Assembly: GCA_044229145.1 (NCBI GenBank)
Contig: JBGATO010000069.1
Coordinates: 1 to 18,858, forward strand
From: Candidatus Eiseniibacteriota bacterium
GTDB taxonomy: Bacteria > Eisenbacteria > RBG-16-71-46 > CAZEPH01
Reading direction: 5' to 3'
DNA: 18,858 nucleotides
The number at the start of each line of letters is the position of its first letter. Positions within the stretch are counted from its first letter, which is position 1. A model generated the notes under the pieces. It was not told the origin of the DNA and did no database searches. It worked only from the letters and a program-made list of their open reading frames with translations. Below, one piece after another: positions 9,352 through 16,308 of this stretch. A program made the translations under genes and the position numbers.

Positions 9352-9384
9352 ACGGCCCGGAGGCGGTGAGAGCCTCCGGGCCGT
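9352..9384. terminator. Hairpin terminator between convergent genes
   Basis: Perfect 13-bp stem ACGGCCCGGAGGC, 7-nt loop, GCCTCCGGGCCGT. On the minus strand it is followed by CGTGTGTTT. Confidence 0.7.
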
Positions 9385-9430
9385 GTCGTCGACGGGGTCG
9401 CGCGAGCCCCGCCACGCCGTGCGCGGCCGC

Positions 9431-10141
9431 TCAGCGGCCGAACTGCTCGCCGTCTGCGTTGGGATCGGTGCGGCCGAGCCAGCGCGGGTACTGCCGCTTC
9501 ACCTCGTTCCGTTCGTCGAACCACTTCTTGTAGGTCTTCAGCTGCTGCTTGGTCAGGATGTGGGGCATGAGCGCCTCGAATGCATCCTGCGCGTCTTGCA
9601 GCGGCGCGGCGAGCCGCAGCACGTCCTGCGCGTAGGCGCGGCGGCTGCGGCGGCCGGGATCGTCGGCGCTGCCGGCGCCGGGGATGGGGCCGTCGGACGG
9701 CGGCGGAGCGTCGTCCTCTTGCCTGCCGGGGCCGTCGTCGCCGTCGGGCGGCGGACTGCCGGGGCCGCCGTCTCCAGCCGGGCCACCCTCGGGGCGTTCG
9801 CCGGGACGAGAGCGAGGCGGCGGGCGATGCGCCGCCATGTAGGCGTGGAGCGTGTCGCGCTGCGGCTGCATCGCCGCGGTGGCCGAATCGTACGCGGCCA
9901 CGTACAGCCGCTGCTGCTCCGGTGCCAGCGTGGGAATGAGCGCGAGCAGGTCGGCCGGCGAGATCGGCCCGTCGATCACGCTGCGCGTCGGCATCTGGAT
10001 GTCGCCCCCGCGACTGCCCCAGCGGCCCTCGCCGCGCGGGCCACCGCCACGCCGGTCGACGTCGCCGCCCACGTATTGCGCCATCGCCATCGTCGCGCAG
10101 AGCAGCGCGCTGGCGGTCAGCAGAACGCAACGTCCTGTCAT
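9431..10141 (-). CDS. Exported hypothetical protein, LTxxQ-motif (Spy/CpxP-like) with low-complexity inserts
   Basis: GGAGAGG RBS, ATG 10141; signal MTGRCVLLTASALLCATMAMA; LAPEQQ and ILTKQQLKTYKKW motifs flank helices; Gly/Arg-rich and Pro/Gly/Asp-rich tracts; 236 aa. Confidence 0.75.
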   Translation of the reverse strand: MTGRCVLLTASALLCATMAMAQYVGGDVDRRGGGPRGEGRWGSRGGDIQMPTRSVIDGPISPADLLALIPTLAPEQQRLYVAAYDSATAAMQPQRDTLHAYMAAHRPPPRSRPGERPEGGPAGDGGPGSPPPDGDDGPGRQEDDAPPPSDGPIPGAGSADDPGRRSRRAYAQDVLRLAAPLQDAQDAFEALMPHILTKQQLKTYKKWFDERNEVKRQYPRWLGRTDPNADGEQFGR

Positions 10142-10225
10142 GCGTCGTCCTCTCCAAGGTCCGGCGTCGGACACCACGCGGCGCGCGGCGGTTGCACAGC
10201 TCCGCCGTGCGCGGCCCGAAACGCC

Positions 10226-10258
10226 GCGTGCCCGCCTCCGCGAGGGAGACGGGCACGC
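10226..10258 (-). terminator. Possible terminator hairpin after gcdH
   Basis: GCGTGCCCG...CGGGCACGC stem about 25 bp downstream of the gcdH stop; weak U-tract (GGCGTTT). Confidence 0.5.
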
Positions 10259-10281
10259 CGGACTGCGATACCGCGTGTCGC

Positions 10282-11448
10282 CTACTTGTACGCGGGGATC
10301 CCGGTCACCGCTTCGCCGATGATCAGCGTGTGGATGTCGTGGGTGCCTTCGTAGGTGTAGACCGACTCGAGGTTGTTCATGTGGCGCCCGCACTGGTACT
10401 CGTCGGTGATGCCGTTGGCGCCGAGGATCTCGCGGGCGGTGCGCGCGCACTGCAGCGCGATCTGCACGTTGTTCATCTTCGCCAGCGAGATGTGGTGCGG
10501 CTGGACGGTGCCCTTGTCCTTCAGACGGCCGCACTGCAGCACGAGCAGCTGCGCCTTGGTGATCTCGCGGATCATGTTGGCGAGCTTCTCCTGCACCATC
10601 TGGAAGCCGGCGATCGGCCGGTCGAACTGGATGCGCGCCTTCGAGTAGTTCAGCGCCTCGTGGTAGGTCGCCATCGCGGAACCGACGGCGCCCCACGCGA
10701 TGCCGTAGCGCGCCTGGTTCAAGCAGCCGAGCGGGCCCTTGAGGCCTTCGACGTTCGGCAGGATGGCGTCGCCCTTGACGCGCACGTCCTGCAGCACGAG
10801 TTCGCTCGTCACCGACGCGCGGAGCGAGAACTTGCCGTGGATGTCGTTGGTGCTGTAGCCCGGCGTGCCGTTCTCGATGATGAAGCCGCGGATCTTGCCG
10901 TCGAGACGCGCCCACACGATGGCGATGTCGGCGATGCCGCCGTTGGTGATCCAGTACTTCGAGCCGTTGAGGACGTAGCCGTCGCCGTCCTTCACCGCGG
11001 TGGTGAGCATGCCGCCCGGGTTCGAGCCGTAGTCGGCTTCGGTGAGGCCGAAGCAGCCGATGATCTCGCCGGTGCCCATCTTCGGCAGGTACTTGTTCTT
11101 CTGCTCGTCGCTGCCGTAGGCGAGGATCGGGTACATGCAGAGCCCGCCCTGCACGCTGACGAACGACCGCAGTCCGCTGTCGCCGCGCTCGAGCTCCTGG
11201 TTGATGAGGCCGTAGGCGACGTTGTTGAGCCCCGGACAGCCGTACCCGTCGATGTTGGCGCCGAACACGCCGAGCTCACCGAGTTCGGGGATCAAGTGCT
11301 TCGGGAAGGTGCCCTCGCGGTTGTGCGTCTCGATGATCGGCATCAGCCGGTCACTCACCCACTCCCGGATGGTGTCGCGGATCTGGATCTCTTCGTCGCT
11401 GAGCAGGGAGTCGAAGTCCATGAAATCGACGCCGTCGAACCGGACCAT
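10282..11448 (-). CDS. gcdH: Glutaryl-CoA dehydrogenase (acyl-CoA dehydrogenase family)
   Basis: GGAGG RBS; ELERGDSGLRSFVSVQ, GCFGLTEADYGSNP, GSKYWITNG, GPLGCLNQARYGIAWG, NLESVYTYEGTHDIHTL (catalytic Glu); 388 aa. Confidence 0.92.
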   Translation of the reverse strand: MVRFDGVDFMDFDSLLSDEEIQIRDTIREWVSDRLMPIIETHNREGTFPKHLIPELGELGVFGANIDGYGCPGLNNVAYGLINQELERGDSGLRSFVSVQGGLCMYPILAYGSDEQKNKYLPKMGTGEIIGCFGLTEADYGSNPGGMLTTAVKDGDGYVLNGSKYWITNGGIADIAIVWARLDGKIRGFIIENGTPGYSTNDIHGKFSLRASVTSELVLQDVRVKGDAILPNVEGLKGPLGCLNQARYGIAWGAVGSAMATYHEALNYSKARIQFDRPIAGFQMVQEKLANMIREITKAQLLVLQCGRLKDKGTVQPHHISLAKMNNVQIALQCARTAREILGANGITDEYQCGRHMNNLESVYTYEGTHDIHTLIIGEAVTGIPAYK

Positions 11449-11505
11449 GTATCCTCCGAAATTGGTCGGCGCTCGAAACGCCCGGGACCGATTGAGGGCG
11501 GAGCG

Positions 11506-12432
11506 CTACGCCTCGCCGCGCGCTTCGAGGAAGCGCTGGGCATCGAGGGCGGCCATGCACCCGGTGCCAGCGGCGGTGATTGCCTGTCGGTACACATGAT
11601 CTTGCACATCTCCGGCGGCAAAGACACCCTCGACGCTCGTCTTGGTCCCGTCGTGGGTCCGGATGTACCCCGCGTCGTCCAATTCCAATTGGCCCTCGAA
11701 CAGGCGCGTATTGGGCTGGTGGCCAATCGCGATGAACACACCGTCGATCTTCTGCTCCCACTGCGCGCCCGACTTGGTGTTGCGCAGCCGCACGCCACCG
11801 AGGCTGCCGGTGCCGTCGTCGACCATTTCGTCGATCGTGGTGTCCCACAGCACCTCGATCTTCGGATTCGCCAAGGCGCGCTCTTGCATGATCTTGCTGG
11901 CGCGGAAGCTGTCGCGGCGGTGCACCAGCGTGACCTTGCTGGCGAAGCGGGTGAGGTAGGTGCCTTCCTCCATCGCGGTGTCGCCGCCGCCGACCACCAT
12001 GATTTCCTTGCCGCGGTAGAAAAAGCCGTCGCAGGTCGCGCACGCCGAAACGCCATGGCCCATGAGCCGCGCCTCGGACTCGAGTCCGAGCAGCTTTGCG
12101 GAGGCGCCTGTCGCCACGATGACCGTCTTCGCCTCGAAGGTCTGGTCGTCGGTCTTCACGACGAACGGGCGCGTGCTGAGGTCCACCGACACGACTTCGC
12201 CGGTGACGATCTGCGTCCCGAACCGTTCGGCCTGCGCGCGCATCTCGACCATGAGGTCGGGGCCTTGGATGCCGTCGCGGAAGCCGGGGAAGTTCTCGAC
12301 CTCGGTGGTGATGGTGAGCTGGCCTCCGGGCTGCAGGCCCTCGATGACGACCGGCGCGAGGTTGGCGCGCGCCGCGTAGATCGCGGCGGTGTAGCCGGCG
12401 GCGCCGGCCCCGATGATGACGACGTTGTGCAT
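11506..12432 (-). CDS. trxB: Thioredoxin-disulfide reductase
   Basis: IIGAGAAG (FAD), [26 protein letters not shown] redox Cxx[11 protein letters not shown] (NADPH), [18 protein letters not shown]...RQAITAAG; 308 aa. Confidence 0.97.
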   Translation of the reverse strand: MHNVVIIGAGAAGYTAAIYAARANLAPVVIEGLQPGGQLTITTEVENFPGFRDGIQGPDLMVEMRAQAERFGTQIVTGEVVSVDLSTRPFVVKTDDQTFEAKTVIVATGASAKLLGLESEARLMGHGVSACATCDGFFYRGKEIMVVGGGDTAMEEGTYLTRFASKVTLVHRRDSFRASKIMQERALANPKIEVLWDTTIDEMVDDGTGSLGGVRLRNTKSGAQWEQKIDGVFIAIGHQPNTRLFEGQLELDDAGYIRTHDGTKTSVEGVFAAGDVQDHVYRQAITAAGTGCMAALDAQRFLEARGEA

Positions 12433-12494
12433 GGACTCTCCCGCGGAGGTGTGCGGGGCGGCAGCGCGCCGCCCTCGCCGACATGAAGGCCGCG

Positions 12495-12523
12495 AGGGTA
12501 CGGGCGGTTCCGGGCAACGTCAA
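12495..12523 (-). promoter_or_regulatory. sigma70-type promoter for trxB(-gcdH)
   Basis: Minus strand TTGACG, 17 bp, TACCCT, about 60 bp upstream of ATG 12432. Confidence 0.6.
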
Positions 12524-12536
12524 CGGGGCGACGGGG

Positions 12537-13697
12537 CTACCGCGGCAACGACTCCAGCCACGACTCCAGCGGCCAGAACTCGACGCCGTCCCGCACCAAC
12601 TTCCGCGCTCCCAGGAAGACCACCACCTTGCGGAGGGTTCGCCGCGGGAGACGCTCCGCCAGGGCGTCCAGTCCCGCAAGGCGTCCGCGCGGCGGCTCGG
12701 CGCTCGCCTTGACCTCGATCCCCCACAACTCGCGTCCCGCATCGAGGACGAAATCCACCTCCGCGCCGTGCTTCGTGCGGAAGTAGCTCACCCGGGCGTC
12801 GGGCCACAGGGTCCCGATACGGCGCGTCAGCTCGTACGCCACCACGTGTTCGAGCAGCAGACCCCGTTCATCGGCAGGCGGTCGAGAGAGTGGCCGGTGC
12901 AGGAGCGCGTTGCGAACGCCCAAGTCGAAGAGGAAGAACTTCGGGTGGGCAATGAGCGCGCCGCGATCCGAACCGCTCCAGGCTGGCACGCGGAAGGCAA
13001 TGAGCGTGTCTTCGAGAATCTCGAGGTAGCGCCTCGCGGTCTCGTAGCGCACGCCGCTGTCCTGAGCGAGCGCATTGACATTGAGCACCCGCCCGGATGC
13101 CGCGGCCGCGTGATCGAGGAGGCGTGCGTATCCGCCCAATTCGCGCACCAGCGCTTCGGCTTGAATCTCCTCGCGCAGATAGATGTCGGCATAGCTGCGA
13201 AGATCGGCCTCCCGCGCGGCGCGGCGGGACTCCGCCTGGATGCCCGGAAGCGTTCCGAGAGCCATCGCGCGGTCGAGGCTCCACGCCGCGCCCAGTTCGT
13301 GTGCGAGCAGCGGGTGCAGATGGTGAAGCCGCACGCGTCCCGGGAGCAGGTTCGCGTGGCCGCGGCGCAACTTGCGCGCGCTCGACCCCGAGAGCAGGAA
13401 CCGGAACCGCTTCGGCGACGCATCGAGAATCACTTGGACGACATCGAGCAACGCGGGCACCCGCTGCACTTCGTCGATGAACACGGTCCGCACCTCGCGG
13501 CCGGCCGCTCGCAGCTCCTCCTCCAGCCGTTCGGGCCGCGCCACGTATGTCCGATAAGTCGCGGGGCTAGCGAGGTCGAGAGTCCAGTCGGGCTGGAGCG
13601 ACCGCAAGAGCGTCGACTTCCCGGTCTGGCGCGGGCCGAGGAGCAATACGCTCTTGCGGTCACGCCGCAAATGCGAGGTCAGAAGTCTTTCGAACAT
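12537..13697 (-). CDS. AAA+ ATPase (AAA_14) with wHTH and C-terminal DUF4143 PD-(D/E)xK-like domain (COG1373 family)
   Basis: Walker A GPRQTGKS, Walker B FIDEVQ, LSGSSA, LLPGR, HTH-like NVNALAQDSGVRYETARRYLEILEDT, PKFFLFDLG, YFRTKHGAEVDFV...IEVK; 386 aa. Confidence 0.92.
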   Translation of the reverse strand: MFERLLTSHLRRDRKSVLLLGPRQTGKSTLLRSLQPDWTLDLASPATYRTYVARPERLEEELRAAGREVRTVFIDEVQRVPALLDVVQVILDASPKRFRFLLSGSSARKLRRGHANLLPGRVRLHHLHPLLAHELGAAWSLDRAMALGTLPGIQAESRRAAREADLRSYADIYLREEIQAEALVRELGGYARLLDHAAAASGRVLNVNALAQDSGVRYETARRYLEILEDTLIAFRVPAWSGSDRGALIAHPKFFLFDLGVRNALLHRPLSRPPADERGLLLEHVVAYELTRRIGTLWPDARVSYFRTKHGAEVDFVLDAGRELWGIEVKASAEPPRGRLAGLDALAERLPRRTLRKVVVFLGARKLVRDGVEFWPLESWLESLPR

Positions 13698-13732
13698 GTG
13701 GGTAAAATACCCGGCATTTTACCCACATGCAA
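13695..13732 (-). promoter_or_regulatory. Leaderless promoter overlaid by a perfect 14-bp inverted repeat (operator candidate)
   Basis: CATGTGGGTAAAAT (13695-13708), 7 nt, ATTTTACCCACATG (13716-13729). Minus strand reads TTGCAT, 17 bp, TATTTT, 6 nt, ATG, with no Shine-Dalgarno. Confidence 0.7.
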
Positions 13733-13749
13733 GAATCGTGTGTCGCGCG

Positions 13750-16026
13750 TCACGGCATGAGGAGCACCCGTCGTCCGGATGCCCCGTCGCCGGAGACGGC
13801 CCGCAGCAGGTAAACGCCCGCCGCCACCGCGCGGCCCGCGGCGTCGTGTCCATCCCACCGCACCACGCGCGCCCCGCCGGCAGCCAGCGTCACCGCGCTC
13901 TCCCACACCTGACGCCCGGCGATGTCGAATGCGGCGAGCCGCACGGCACCGCCGCGCGCCGATGCGACGGTGAGGCGCACGCCGCCAGCGGCCGTGGTGG
14001 CCACGAGCTGCAGCGCCGGCGGCGCCGCATCCGGCACGTCGCGCGGCGGCGCCACCGCGGTCAGCGACGGCAGGCAGAACTGGTAGACGCGATTCGCCCC
14101 GGTGTCGGCCACCCACAACAGGCGGCTCGACTGCTCGATCGCCAGCGCGCACATCTGCAGGCCGAGGAAGCCGCTCATCGCCAGGTCGACCGCGCCGGTG
14201 CGCGTGTCGATGGCGTAGACCGCCTTGGCGGTGGCGTCGGCCACGAACACGCGGTGCGCCGCGGTGTCGGCGGCGACGCTGACCAGACTCCCCAGCGCCG
14301 TGCCGAGCGCCAGCGTGGTGATCGTCCCGGCCGCGGAGAGCCGCGTCAGCTTCGAGCCGTCCGCGGCGTCGGCCATGTACGCGATGCCGTCGCCCGCGGC
14401 GATGTCCTGGAAGTCGACGTTGCCGGGATCGATCATGACCTGCCGTTCGCCCTCGGCGACCAGCGGGCTGAACGCCCACACTTCGTCGGGTCCGCTGTAG
14501 CCCCAGTCGGTGACCAGGATGTCGCCGGGATCCACCTGCGGACCGTCGAAGCCGGGCGGCGCGACGCACATGCCGGCCGGATCGTCGTCGCTGCTGTGGA
14601 AGCCACTGACCCAGAGCGACGCGGTGCCGTCGGCGGCGTGGCGGTAGATGTTGCCGCTGGCGTCCTCGCTGATGAACGCGTCGCCGTTCGACGTGAAGAG
14701 CACGTCGGACGGCGATTCGTAGCCGTGGATCGCGAGGCCGGCGTTCGGCCCGGAAACCGGATAGAGTCCGCCGCCCGAACTGCTCGCGGCCTCGATCATC
14801 GCGTAGACGAAGCCGTCGGCGGGGTTGAGCGCCGGGCTCGTCGCGCCGACCAAGCTCCACGTCGAGCACAGCGCGGAGCCTGGCAGCACCGCGGTCACCG
14901 GCACGTCCGGCGCCGCGCACGCCGGGCCGCGGCGCGTGAAGTTGTCGAGGCCGAACTTCTCGCTGCCGTCGTAGAACTCGGTTTGGATGCGGCACTCCTC
15001 GACATCGGCGAGCACTCCGCTCCAGGTGCCGGATTCCACGACCCAGCCGCTCGAGACCAGCGGGATCGAGACGGTGCGCCACACCCGCGTCGACGTCGAC
15101 AACGCCGACAGCGCGAGCGGCGCATGCGCCGCGCCGCCGGGGCCACTCAGGCGCACGAACGAGGCCGCATCGTGGCCAGCGCCGCTGAAGCCCACCATGC
15201 GCACGTCCATGGCGATCGCCCCGGAGCCATCGAGCGAGGACCAGTCGCCGAGGAACGCGGCCGGCGCGTAGGCGTAGCTGGTGCCGCTGCTGCCCTCGTT
15301 CACCTGCGCGAAGCCGCGCGTGTTGCCGCCGCTGCCCGGGTTGCTGAGACCGCCCGTGCTCGAGAACGACCAGTCGCCCAGCGTGCCGTCGTTGAACGTC
15401 TCGACGAGGCACGGATCGAACTGGCGCACCGGTGACCGCGTGAGCGAGACGTTGTCGAAGCGGACGTCCTCGTCGCCGTTGACGAACTCGGCCATGAGCC
15501 GCAGCGATTGCACGTCGATGAGCAGGGCGGCCCACGATCCGCTGTCGAGCACCCACGCGGCAGGGTCGAGGCTGACGCGGTAGGTCGTCCACACACCGTC
15601 GGGCGGCAGGTACGAGGCGCCGCTGAGCGCGTGCGCGGTGCCGCCGGGCCCTTGCAGGCGGAAGATGTACTCCGGTGCGAGCAGGCCGCCGCCGCTCGAG
15701 TTGTGCAGGTAGAGGTCGACGCGCAACGTGTCGCCGGCGCCGAGTGCGCTCCAATCGCCGAGCCACAGCGCGGGAGCGACCGCGTAGCACATATCGCCGG
15801 TCGCCAGGTCGTTGACGTAGACGCAGCCGGCGGGATTGCCGCCGGTGGCGGACCACGCCGCCGCATTGTCGCCGGTGATGCGCCATCCCTCGGCGCTGGT
15901 GGTGAAACTCGCAGTGAGCGCGGCGGCCGGAGCCGCCAGGCAGAGCGCCAACGCACAGACGCTGCTGAGGCGCGCGACGGTCCGCCGCCACGCGCCGCGG
16001 CACGGGGCAGGGCGTGCCGATTCCAT
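13750..16026 (-). CDS. Large secreted protein: two laminin-B (domain IV)-like modules, NHL/SMP-30-like beta-propeller, C-terminal FlgD-Ig/T9SS-like domain
   Basis: GGAGGA RBS, ATG 16026; signal ending LCLAAPAAA; duplicated module (see repeat feature); propeller-like blades (SPALNPADGFVY, PSDVLFTSNGDAFISED, DILVTDW, RVFVAD, LLWVADTGANRVYQF); C-terminal FDIAGRQV...WDGHDAAGRAVAAGVYLLR; 758 aa. Confidence 0.88.
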   Translation of the reverse strand: MESARPAPCRGAWRRTVARLSSVCALALCLAAPAAALTASFTTSAEGWRITGDNAAAWSATGGNPAGCVYVNDLATGDMCYAVAPALWLGDWSALGAGDTLRVDLYLHNSSGGGLLAPEYIFRLQGPGGTAHALSGASYLPPDGVWTTYRVSLDPAAWVLDSGSWAALLIDVQSLRLMAEFVNGDEDVRFDNVSLTRSPVRQFDPCLVETFNDGTLGDWSFSSTGGLSNPGSGGNTRGFAQVNEGSSGTSYAYAPAAFLGDWSSLDGSGAIAMDVRMVGFSGAGHDAASFVRLSGPGGAAHAPLALSALSTSTRVWRTVSIPLVSSGWVVESGTWSGVLADVEECRIQTEFYDGSEKFGLDNFTRRGPACAAPDVPVTAVLPGSALCSTWSLVGATSPALNPADGFVYAMIEAASSSGGGLYPVSGPNAGLAIHGYESPSDVLFTSNGDAFISEDASGNIYRHAADGTASLWVSGFHSSDDDPAGMCVAPPGFDGPQVDPGDILVTDWGYSGPDEVWAFSPLVAEGERQVMIDPGNVDFQDIAAGDGIAYMADAADGSKLTRLSAAGTITTLALGTALGSLVSVAADTAAHRVFVADATAKAVYAIDTRTGAVDLAMSGFLGLQMCALAIEQSSRLLWVADTGANRVYQFCLPSLTAVAPPRDVPDAAPPALQLVATTAAGGVRLTVASARGGAVRLAAFDIAGRQVWESAVTLAAGGARVVRWDGHDAAGRAVAAGVYLLRAVSGDGASGRRVLLMP
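14930..15915 (-). repeat. Intragenic tandem duplication of a ~155-aa domain (~15915-15436 and ~15405-14930)
   Basis: Paired motifs GGNPAG/GGNTRG, YAVAPALWLGDWSAL/YAYAPAAFLGDWSSL, RLQGPGG/RLSGPGG, VWTTYRVSL/VWRTVSIPL, WVLDSGSWAALLIDV/WVVESGTWSGVLADV, AEF..GDE..RFDN/TEF..GSE..GLDN. Confidence 0.9.
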
Positions 16027-16095
16027 GCTGTCCTCCTGCGGCCAGGCGGCCGCCGTGCGGAGCCGGAACATGCGGCTCCCGCACGATCCGGCCCG

Positions 16096-16104
16096 ACGCT
16101 AGCA
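16096..16104 (-). promoter_or_regulatory. Possible extended -10 for the laminin-B-like gene
   Basis: Minus strand TGCTAGCGT about 70 bp upstream of ATG 16026, followed by a leader hairpin at 16055-16084. Confidence 0.3.
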
Positions 16105-16308
16105 CCGAGCGGGCGGCGAATCGCAGGCATCCAGACGGAGACGGCGCCTTCGGGCGCACGCACCCCGCCAGCGCGGACCTCGCGATGTCGGAGGGACCGT
16201 GTATCGTACGCTGCAGGGTGCTGTTGCTCCATGCGAGGCGACGGGATGACCAATCGCAGGACACAGCGCATACTCACCGACCGATTCAGACGGACTCGAG
16301 GAGCAGAG

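Noticed and set aside
10165..10200. ECF-sigma-like promoter (TGCAAC...) upstream of the Spy-like gene
   Set aside because: The -10 element and spacing are not convincing without knowing the cognate sigma factor.
15508..16245. N-terminal ~250-aa extension of the 877-aa MTase ORF
   Set aside because: Overlaps the laminin-like gene on the opposite strand and has no motifs. Plausible starts are 16246 or 16309.
16027..16308. tRNA, att site or IS end at the island junction
   Set aside because: No cloverleaf or T-loop motif and no terminal repeat partner is visible. There is only a bulged hairpin at 16055-16084, better explained as a leader structure.
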